Of a stretch of DNA of 64,000 nt, positions 20,901 through 30,527 are shown piece after piece. The stretch spans positions 124,001 through 188,000 of the forward strand of contig CDROCS010003925.1 in the NCBI GenBank assembly GCA_977020255.1, written 5' to 3'. The notes beneath the pieces are model-generated. The model did not search any database. It was not told the origin of the DNA and was given only the letters and a program-made list of their open reading frames with translations. This DNA is from Obrimoposthia wandeli (taxonomy: Eukaryota). The first letter of the stretch is position 1, and each line of letters begins with the position of its first letter. Both the position numbers and the translations under genes were made by a program.

Positions 20901-22518
20901 CTAGGTGAAGGAATGTATGAACTCCCCGAAAGATATATCATGTCAGTGAACTTTGTTAGAACAAAGCTAACATCGTGAATTCTAACTAGAGTCCATCCAC
21001 TACTTAACTCGCTATAATTAGCAATTTTTTCATCCAGGTTTCTTCCAATTTCAGTTACAAAATTATTATAAAAAACAGTTGCTTTATGTGAAATTACCCA
21101 AGTTTTAGTCTTCTCATTGACATTTTTAAACTGCACTGTTGCGCAAAATTGAACCTTAGCCTGTCCTAATTTAGTCACTTCTGATTTTAAAAGATTTTCA
21201 ATATTTGAATCTACACCTACGTTTAATAAAATTTCATTTCCTAATGGCACCTTAACTATAACATATTTATTATTTAGGTGATACTCTATAGTAGCACCGT
21301 TTTCTCTACGTTTTTTGGGTGGGACCTTATTAAGAAATTGGCCTCGCCTCTTTCTTCCGTTTGTCGCTGACAAACCTCCCCCTAATTGAATGGGAAGACA
21401 ACTATTTATATTAATAGTTGAGACAATCGCAGCTGAGGTTGAAGGTGCTGCTATTGGTGATGCTGCCGATGTTGAGGCAACCGTAGCTGATGTTGAAGGG
21501 GCTACTGTAGCAGGTGCTGCCGATGTTGATGAGACAGTGGCAGTTGTAGAGGCTGCATTTGAAGCTGACCTTGCCGATGAAGAAGCGGCTGTTGTAGAGG
21601 TTAGTGCTGCTGAAATAAATATATTAAAAAATAAATATATTTTTAAAAATTATTACCTCTAAGGCGTGCTAACATTGATGTAGGCACTCGCGATGGTGGA
21701 GGCATATCTGTTGTAGCAGATGACGATTGTATAACGGTATTTCCTGAATAAAAAAAATATATATATATATATATATAATAAAAAATAAAATATATAATTA
21801 CAATATTTTAAAAAAAAATCTGAAAAATAATAATAAAAAATACCTAATGATGGCAATCCAAGTTGAGCTGGAATGAAGTCCTCTTCATTGACGAAATCCA
21901 TCCAGCTGTCGTCCGTTGACTCGACGAAATCGGATTCCTCGATGATCTCCAACCAGCTGTTGTCGCTCCACTGAGGCTGCTCCATCTCGAAATCTGACTG
22001 GGTGATATTTCGCATCCAGTCATTGTTTGAGAATTGGGTTGCTGGTGCCAACTCCTCAAAATCTTCTTCGGAGATGTCGTTCATCCACTCATTGTTAGAC
22101 ATTTGAGTGGATGGGGCAGCAGCAGAATCAGGAGCCGGGAGAGAATGACCAATGGCAGGACCATAAACTGGTAGACTGACTTCCACTGGAATTGGAGGGG
22201 GAGCTGGAGCGGCCTGCGAATCGCGCACCAATTGGACGATATCCCTCTTCTTGTTGTTGGCCGTGAAATACGATAGGTGAGCTCGATGTTCACAGAAGAA
22301 TTCTCGAAACTCCTTCTCTTCCATTGTTCTTCAGAAGGGGCAGACGAAGAAGTGAACACCTTGAGACTTTGTCCAGTAGTATGCAGACATTGTCTCCATG
22401 CAGGACTCTCCTCCATGCGGAGCCGAAGCACCACAATACGCAGGGAATAGGTTACACGTAATCTGAAATAATAAATATTGATAAGGAAATAATAAATATA
22501 GAATCTTACCATAGGCAT
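17917..22518 (-). pseudogene. Protein-primed family B DNA polymerase with vOTU and EndoVII domains and a spliced N-terminal extension (introns 22509-22463, 21843-21744, 21656-21610)
   Basis: YIDINNLYGWA, KLKSNSLFGK, GDTDS, LRPKCY; ExoI ADFES, ExoII FHNLKGYD; EndoVII RDHDHVTGRYLGAACNLCN; vOTU NSDNLCFLYSV...HY. Upstream exons splice in frame through IQLGGG into ORF 20456..21373. Confidence 0.9.
19532..19701. repeat. 170-bp dispersed duplicate of 20284..20453 inside the pPolB gene
   Basis: Direct repeat with 7 mismatches by my count; it replaces the sequence expected after the KGIY motif. Confidence 0.9.
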
Positions 22519-22614
22519 TAATTCAAATTGTCGGGGATTTAAATGAAGAAAGTGTTTGCTTATATACTAAAATTTATGCACACATGCTCTTTTCCAATTG
22601 GATTAAAAAATTGA

Positions 22615-22850
22615 ATTTATTCCTCCAATGAGAAGGATTGTTTATCTGTTATTGGTTGAAAAAAATAATTTTATTCCTCCAATTAATGAGAAGGATTGTT
22701 TATCTATTATAGGTTGAAAAAATAATTTTATTCCTCCAATTAAAGAGAAGGATTGTTTATCTATTATTGGTTGAAAAAATAATTTTATTCCTCCAATCAA
22801 AAGGCTTATTTGTAAATAAATGTAAAATTTTAATAATGAATTCCTCCAAT
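22615..22850. promoter_or_regulatory. ~60-bp tandem repeats rich in CCAAT boxes upstream of pPolB
   Basis: TTATTCCTCCAAT..GAGAAGGATTGTTTATCT.TTA(TTG)GTTGAAAAA repeated 3-4 times; GTATATAAG (minus strand) at 22567-22559, 42 nt before the ATG. Confidence 0.6.
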
Positions 22851-22862
22851 TAGAAGAATTGT

Positions 22863-23351
22863 TTATCTACATGTCAAGTAATAATAAGAAAGACTTAAAC
22901 ATTTTTTATATGCGCAATGGTCACCATGATTACGATATGGACAGCAAATATTTTGTGGAATTTTTAATAGATGATCACGTGAAATATTTAAAGTATTCAA
23001 CCTCAATTTAGGAAAATATTTTTTTAAAGTTATATATTTTTTGCCATCCATTTCATCTAAAACATAAAAAATTCCATTTTCAATATCAAAATTAGATTTA
23101 ATAGTATCGAAAATACATATTTCACAAAAAGCCTTATGTCCTTCTTTCCATTTTAATAAATGGAAATATTTACTTAGATATAAATTAGTAAATTTTTTCT
23201 TATAATCTAAACTTTTAAATGGGATATCTATATGAAATATGAAATGCAAAGGATGAAAAACGACGCATACATCCATAATACATAATTCTTTTATAATATA
23301 ATCCCCATTTTTGTTAATGAAAGCCTCAAAATCTATGATATATTCCTGCAT
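22863..23351 (-). CDS. DEDD-fold / Maelstrom-like nuclease domain protein
   Basis: IIDFEAF...IIKELC, HFIF..P, YFHLLKWKEG, GKK..L, CPYRNHGDHCA: an acidic ExoI-like motif plus Glu-Cys-His-Cys residues; ORF intact. Confidence 0.6.
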   Translation of the reverse strand: MQEYIIDFEAFINKNGDYIIKELCIMDVCVVFHPLHFIFHIDIPFKSLDYKKKFTNLYLSKYFHLLKWKEGHKAFCEICIFDTIKSNFDIENGIFYVLDEMDGKKYITLKKYFPKLRLNTLNISRDHLLKIPQNICCPYRNHGDHCAYKKCLSLSYYYLTCR

Positions 23352-23459
23352 AATTACCCAAATTTGTAGCAAATCCCGTTGTTTATAACGAAAAACTATT
23401 AATCAAAAATTTATTAAAATGACGAGGTAGTATTTAGACAATTTTATATTTAGACAATT

Positions 23460-23819
23460 TTATAACATAATGAATAAACACAAAGTAATCAATAAAATTA
23501 ATTTATTTGTGGAAGGACCCTCTTCCAGTTTAATCTGGAGGATTCGCTTTCTTGCTGCTCGCCGAACATCCTCCGTCTCTTCTCTTCTTTTTTCCTCCAC
23601 CTTCTTTTTTTCCATTTCGATTTTCTTGTTCCACTCCACGACCCGACGTCGTTCTGCTAGCCGCCTGTCCTGAATCTCCACCCGACGATTCCACTCGGTC
23701 GCGACAGCAGTATACAAATTCTGGTTGAGGATCCTCTTTCGTAAGTCTCCTTTCTTCTCATTTATTCGTATGTTTGCTTCGATCTTCGTCACCAAACTTT
23801 GCAATTTAATAAATTCCAA
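23460..23819 (-). CDS. Small charged coiled-coil protein, unknown function
   Basis: Open frame with E/K/R-rich helix; TATATATA and a CCAAT box directly upstream; begins at TTG. Confidence 0.45.
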   Translation of the reverse strand: MEFIKLQSLVTKIEANIRINEKKGDLRKRILNQNLYTAVATEWNRRVEIQDRRLAERRRVVEWNKKIEMEKKKVEEKRREETEDVRRAARKRILQIKLEEGPSTNKLILLITLCLFIML

Positions 23820-24012
23820 TTTTTAATTATGAAGATGTTAATAAATTTGAACCTATATATATAAATTTAAGATATTTTTAATCCAATCACAAGCAAGTAA
23901 AATATATTTATCAAATGAAAGTTTAATAAATATATAACTAATCATTGCATTTATATTTAATCCTAAAAATTTTTAATTATTCCTTAACAATCTAATCACA
24001 TTTGAATAAGTT

Positions 24013-24145
24013 AACTTTATTTTTAATCTTGTTATTTTAATAAACTTAAGGAGGATATTTTAATATTACTAAATTCTAAACTTTATTTTTAATCTTGTTA
24101 TTTTAATAAACTTAAGGAGGATATTTTAATATTACTAAATTCTAA
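24013..24145. repeat. 66-bp tandem duplication (2 copies)
   Basis: AACTTTATTTTTAATCTTG...AAATTCTA at 24013 and at 24079. Confidence 0.9.
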
Positions 24146-24177
24146 AATAAATAATAATAAAAAGACAACACAAGAAA

Positions 24178-26034
24178 CTAATTTTTGTAAATTATATTTT
24201 TGAACATTTTTACGAAGTCATCATTGGGATCATCCGGGTCGTAATCCCTCCGACTAAGTATAATTGGAGAAAGCGGTACTGGTTCCTTCTCCTTTGGCCG
24301 GCCCAGTTTCTTTTTCGGCTTCACCGGTTGCTGTACAGCAATTGTCCTTCCCTCAGGTTTTGGCAATAGTTGCCGCAACTTTTTGGGAGGAGGTGCAGCC
24401 GATGTTGATGGCCCCGCCTTCCTCTTCCGCGGAGCTTTCTTCTGTTTCTCCTCCTTCTCACGCTGAAGCTGACGTGAGACGGCATCCTGTTGCCCACGCG
24501 AATCTGGAAGCATTGCCGGTGAATCCAGTTCCGCCAGGAATTCGTCCAAACCAGTGTCATCCCAGGCCCTCTTCAAGTTCTGGCTGGTTGTTGGACGAGG
24601 AGAAGCAGTCTCATGCAGACGTAGTTGACTCGAGAGCGGACTTATCTCGATCGGCGAGACTGGGATCCTCTCGTATAAAATTGGACCGTCGTCCACTGGA
24701 GGAGGGAGAATCTCCTGCTGGCCAATCACCGCCTCAGAATAATGGCCAATTGAGGTGCGAATTTTTCTCGAGCGCCTCGTCTTCTTCACCTCTGCCCGCT
24801 TTGTCCTTTTCTTAGGGAAAGGAGTAACTTCTCCCCAAGTTTCCTCAATTATCCGGACAGGTTCCTGCAAATGAAAACAAAAATAAAATTTCAAATACAT
24901 TTTATTTAATTAAAAAAATATTTAAAATACCAAAAAATTACCTCAATAATATTATACGGAAGTTTTTCCTGCCGCTCAATCGTTACTTCACTCGAATTGA
25001 GCAGACAGGATTTCGCCTTTCTAAGACGCCGTGTCTTCTGTACAGCAGCCTGCCTCGTTCGCTTCTGCGGGAAAGGAGAAATTTTGGCCCATGTCTCCTC
25101 AGTTAATATTATTGGTTCCTGCAACAAAAAAACATTAATAAAATTTAAACATATAGTCGGTAGGTATCTCTGATCACTCCTGGGATCATCCTGGCTACAT
25201 TGACTCGTCAAGTATTGCTGTTCAATTAGCCTCTCAATCGTGGTCACTGACGGTGCCAAATCTAGTTGCAGTTTCTGAAAATAAAATTAAAAAACATTTT
25301 AAATAAATGATTTCTAACCTGATTCGTCGCCTTTATTCTCCTAACAGGACGTATCGGAGATTGTGGCCTTCTGAATGGATCAGGCACTGTATTGTCGGGT
25401 ATCGGAGTCGGAGTTGTAGAGGGAGTGAGACCATCCCATTCGTCGGTGAACAGATGCCACTCATCTTCATCCATTTCTGCAACCATGGACTCGTTGGCTC
25501 CTGGGGCTCCGATACTTGGCTGTATCCATTCCTCCTCCCCATCCGACGGAACGTCATCAGTAAACAGCTCCTCGTCTGAGTCTGGTGCCAGTATTATCTC
25601 CGGTTGAGACAGTGGGATCAATTTCCAGGGGCATTTGATTGCCGCCTCAAAATTGTCAAAGATATTGGATCTCCTTGCTGCTACTGCTGAAGTTGCCGGA
25701 CGATTGGCTTCTGTGTTCAGCCTGGGAGTACAGTCTTCCCAATTCTCTATCGAATCCTGACTAGTCAGATCGATATATTGGGATCTCTGTACCCACCTCG
25801 CACGCTCATTGGTTCTTCTCTTGGAGTTGAGCTGACCAATGGCGGTTCTTCTAGCAACAGTTCGGCTCTTGCTGCTGCTTCTCCTTCGTCTCCTTCACTC
25901 ACCACCGACGAGTCTTGACTAAGTAAGTCAATGTACTGCGCCGGTGGTGGCGTTTGCTGCTGTACTGGAGAGAGATCTCCATACAGTTGAAACTCCGTCT
26001 CTTCGTCTAGGTCAACGTTGTTGTAGATTGGCAT
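24178..26034 (-). CDS. Multi-exon acidic/Pro-rich putative nuclear regulator (introns 25318-25275 and 24941-24865, probable degenerate intron ~25155-25120; frameshift ~25780)
   Basis: GC-rich exons separated by short AT-rich GT..AG introns that restore frame; duplicated exon EP...EETW...PFP.KRT; NLS-like PRKRK and PPPKKLR; AT-hook-like KKLGRPK. Confidence 0.65.
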
Positions 26035-26119
26035 TCTTGCTTCTTGATTAATGATATTTGATTTATGAAAAAATAATGAAAAGAGGTTTCCTTATATACA
26101 AAAATAATAGACTAACCCT

Positions 26120-26450
26120 CTTTTGTCGTCCAATGAGAGCGGGTTATTCAAATAATTTATTTGAAAATCAGTAGGCTTTTCTCAATTTTTTAACTATGTT
26201 TGAATGCTGGAATGTCATTGGATAAAACATATTTTATTCGAAAATATATAACTAATCTTTTGTCGTCCAATGAGAGCGGTTTATTCAAATAATTCATTTG
26301 AAAATCAGTAGGCTTTTCTCAATTTTTTAACTATGTTTGAATGCTGGAATGTCATTGGATAAAACATATTTTATTCGAAAATATAACTATTTTCTTAAGA
26401 TTTTGTTGCATAAGTTTAACGTCCAATGAAAACGTATTATTCAAAGAATT
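26120..26450. promoter_or_regulatory. 137-bp tandem duplication with CCAAT boxes upstream of the 26034 gene
   Basis: CTTTTGTCGTCCAATGAGAGCG at 26120 and 26257, partial third copy at ~26420; GTATATAAG (minus strand) at 26099-26091. Confidence 0.6.
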
Positions 26451-26559
26451 TATGGTATTTTCTTAAATTTTGTTGATGTTTGAATACATGTTTGTCTTTG
26501 GATTTAAAATAGTAATATTTTTTTGACTGTACATGTTTGGATGGTATAAAAAATTCATG

Positions 26560-26979
26560 AACTCATTTCAGGTCAAGTTAAGGTCATGACCTTATGAGGT
26601 CATCATCATGAGGTCAAGGTCATTTAAGGTCATCATGAGGTCAAGGGTACAAAGTTGTCTAGGTCATCATGAGGTCAAGATCATTTATGGTCATTTAAGG
26701 TCATGTATTTATTACTCGTTGATCCACCGCGGGCCCGGAGGGCACGCTTTGGCCAATTTTTTGGCCTCTCAGGACCTTAATCAAAATTTTGGGAGCATTA
26801 TGAGATTTTTAAATTTAAAAGGTGTTATATGGAGTTAATTATTTTTTTGAGTGTTTGGGAGGGGGGGTAGAAATTTTTTCTACACACCTATACGAAATTT
26901 CACTCCACACACATGCACGGTTTTAAAGGACAGTAGGGGGGGAGGGGTGTGGATTAGACCGGACACATCCACCTACTAC
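26560..26979. repeat. Polinton right terminal (TIR-type) region
   Basis: Degenerate AGGTCA/GGTCAT repeats at 26568-26703, G-rich tract, terminus ...CCTACTAC; a homologous segment recurs at ~45660-45730. Confidence 0.65.
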
Positions 26980-29900
26980 CATGGTAGTCAACAGGATTAT
27001 ATGGATATTTATTTCACTCAGAGCACCACATTTCGACGAAATTTCTGAAGCTATAGTAAAGTTGGGGAAGTGAGCCATGTATAAGATCTTGAACAATGCT
27101 GAGATGACTGATGAGGAATCAATCAAAGTTTTGATAGAAGTTGAACAGCTGGTAAATTCAATACCAATTAGTTATAGAAGAAAAAGTGAAGGTAATCCCG
27201 AGAAGAACAGATAATTTTTTTATCGAAAGGTGCTTTAGGGAACATGTTTATTTAAGAACATTCTTTGTTGCAATAATAATTATAACATTTTCTGATGGAT
27301 GTCTGATAACTTGTTTGCAGCTATGAAATTCTTCAGCTGTTCGAAGTTGTTAAAGTTATAAAGAAACGGAAATATAAGGACTGGAAGTGTCAAAATGCAA
27401 AAGGAACTTAACAGGAAATATTTGAATATTTCTCTATAAGCCATAAATATGGATAAATTCGTAATAAAATAACAAGTCCCCGTAAAGATGTTGTCGTCAG
27501 TTCCTTTAATTTATTTTATAAAATATATTTGATGGATATGCAAAGCATGTCAGATGACAATTAAAACCATGATGATTTGATTAAGTTTTGTGTTGTTGAA
27601 AGCTTAACATCGAAAAGGACAGCTGTAGTATTTTACAACTTGATTTCTAGTTATTTATTTGGTTGTGGGGACCCACATATCGTGTAGAGCGACACTAACC
27701 ATCAATGTATGGCAAATTTTATCACATAACAAAATGTGATATGACCTGAACTTATTATTGATCATGGAAAGCCAAGACATACACTTTCCCAAGGGAGTCT
27801 TGAGAGATCTGATGGCAATATTCATGGATGAGGCCCAACAACACCACAAATTTGGAATTTGGTAAATAGTTTGAGCAAATTTCGAAAGATCGCCGATATA
27901 ATGTTTTTAAAAAACAATCACCATGAGGCCTCGTTTGGTTGTGCACAATAAGTCAGTTTATCTACTACACCAAAATTGAGCTACAAAAGAACATTAAATA
28001 ACACTGCTTCCACAGAAACTGATGCTACTGGTATTACAAAGGCTATTAATTACAAAGTTGTTTACGTAACTGGCCACTCTATTCGAGAAGATAACATGTG
28101 TAATCTCTGTAAACACAAAGACCAGATCGTTAGAGAGAGAGACAAGCCAGAATTAATATTTTCCATGGCAAGCTGAATAAGTGGTTGCAAAGAGTTATCA
28201 ATTTGCGACCAATCGACGATGAAGATAATGTTACAGTACCCATTCCAAGCGTTGGCAGATGTTGGGTTATCCAATAAATATATTATGTGTTGTGACTGCC
28301 GTTGATTTTAACACTAAAAATATAAATTTGGAACACACGATTGACTACTTACATTTATATTCTCAAGAAATCAGTTTACAGCGTCATCATTTCATGGACT
28401 ATAAGAAACTGACATCGGTATTATTAATGGAATGAGTGTTCGTAAGAGAACATGATTACTATCAATTGGATATATACAAGGAATAGGCATATTTACTAGG
28501 ATATATATAACCAATTACTTTACTTGAGAAATGCCTTAAAATGTGTACCTGAATGATGAAAAGAAGAAAATAATTTTTTATTTATTCAATCAAGATAATT
28601 TTATATATAATGCTGATGAGATTGAACGGTTTTTCGAAAGTATGCCAGATAAAATTATTTGTGAAAAGAATGAAAAGAAAAAAAATTATTGAGACTCAAA
28701 AATAGAGTAACACAATTATTAATTTGTAATAAAACAGGTACTGATAAGCTTAAACCTTTAAATTTTAAGTTAAACTGCTAAACTGATATAATCATTGGTA
28801 AGTTTAAAACATTCAATGTTTTAAAAAATTTAAAAGCTTATCGTTTTTTAATCAAAAAAACAAATCTGCTTGGATGATGTCTTCAAAATGGACGGAATGC
28901 TTCAAAGAAAAAAAAGAAAATAGCTTTAATAGTTTAGTCAAAATATGCAAAAAAATGCAAGAACTTATAATCCAATATGAGACTACTTTAGATTTTTTTT
29001 GATCAATTAAACTATACAATATATGATAAAACTGATCCGCTTTGCTTTTGAAAAGTAATGCAAATCTCTTATCTTGCTGCAATAAACGATCTTTTCATAC
29101 CTGCTACAACAAGCTTAGTAGGAAGACTATTCTCAGTTAATCTCTATTGTTGGGCATATACGATTGACAAGCCATAACTTTTTTTCCTTACACGTTTAGC
29201 ATGACTTTAATGGGTAATGCATTTATTATTTGTCCAAACCATTTCGGAAATTCTTGGGTAACATTTAATATCAGAAAATTGAGTTAAAATTATCGGTATA
29301 TTCATAAAACGTTAGAGTCCCGTTTTCGAATTGAAAATTAAAGGCAATTTCAATGGAATATTCAGTAGTTTTCCAGAAATTTTTAAAATAGTTTGAACAT
29401 GATTCAAATAGTCACTTTTTCAATTTTAACTAATTTTAGAAATGGACAATGAACATGAGTAAATATTAATAAAATGAAGGCGGTCATAAATTTATTTTGC
29501 ATGGAATGCATAATTATAGGAATAAATCCCTGTTGATCTTTTAATCGCGTCAAGACATCGAATTACAACTCTATTCGAACAAAATGTTTTCTGATGGGTG
29601 GGGTTTAGAAAGTTTTTTTTTTTTAATTATAAAAAAAATCCTTACATTATCGCAAACAATGAAACAAGTACTTTTAAACAGTTTGTTACTAATAAGTAAA
29701 CTTCAACTAATATTCTAGGTGATTCTTTAAAGTAATGTTTGCATAATACTCTGCTTAATTCAACATTATTCATATTCCCCATTTGCCTATCTGTTAGACG
29801 CTAATATTTTCTTCTAATTCGCTATCGGTTAATTTCTAATTCGCCACTTTCATATACTCTTCAACATGTTATATACATTGCAATATTAATTGGATTCACT

Positions 29901-30527
29901 AGATTTAATATTTTAAAAATTTAAATAATCATGTACACCTATAAATTAAGTATAAAAATTGATTTATTTTATTACAATTTTTTTTACTCATGAAGCTAAT
30001 TCTTTACATATGAAATACAGGGCTGTTACAAAACCAAAACATGCAATAAAAACTCTTTGTGAAGACCTCAAAATACCTGGTTCTGTATTGAAAAGTCGGC
30101 TAAAAGATAAGAACTTTCTGAATTTCAATCTCCGTCGTTTACTCTTGAAAGAAAATAATTACACCAATCTAACCTTGACAATCTCGACAACTGTCCACTT
30201 GCAAAGCACAAGTAGGAGTTAATTGTGATTTATCATAAGGTGAAATGTGACCAGACTGTCAAAAACAAAAAGATACAGTGAATCTTGACTAATTTTTACG
30301 TTCTATTTAATGAGCCATTTTATTGGTTATGGAATAAAAATATATAGAATTATGTTTTGACTTGTATTAAGTTTTTCGGTCCCGGGCGCGAAGAATTATC
30401 CGGAGTGTACTGAATAGCTTTGCTATTTTGGAACGAAACATAAAAGAGAAAAGAAATAGAACCAGATAGAAAACACTTCATTTCTTGTGAAATATGTAGA
30501 TAAGTCGCGCTATACGTTAGGTCTGGA

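Larger units (their letters stand above)
9989..26979. mobile_element. Polinton/Maverick (adintovirus-like) element, decayed; left TIR not in window
   Basis: Carries ATPase, rve integrase, minor and major capsid proteins, adenain and pPolB; right end CCTACTAC preceded by AGGTCA-rich subterminal repeats. Confidence 0.92.

Noticed and set aside
21390-21662. Plus-strand Ala/Glu/Val-rich ORF
   Set aside because: Antisense of the S/T/A linker exon of the spliced pPolB.
24264-25607. Plus-strand ORFs 24264..24815, 25307..25579, 25392..25607
   Set aside because: Antisense shadows of GC-rich exons of the minus-strand Polinton gene.
27000-28800. Coding-like degenerate region right of the Polinton (possible old DNA transposon)
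   Set aside because: No motif could be assigned with confidence; many stops in all frames.
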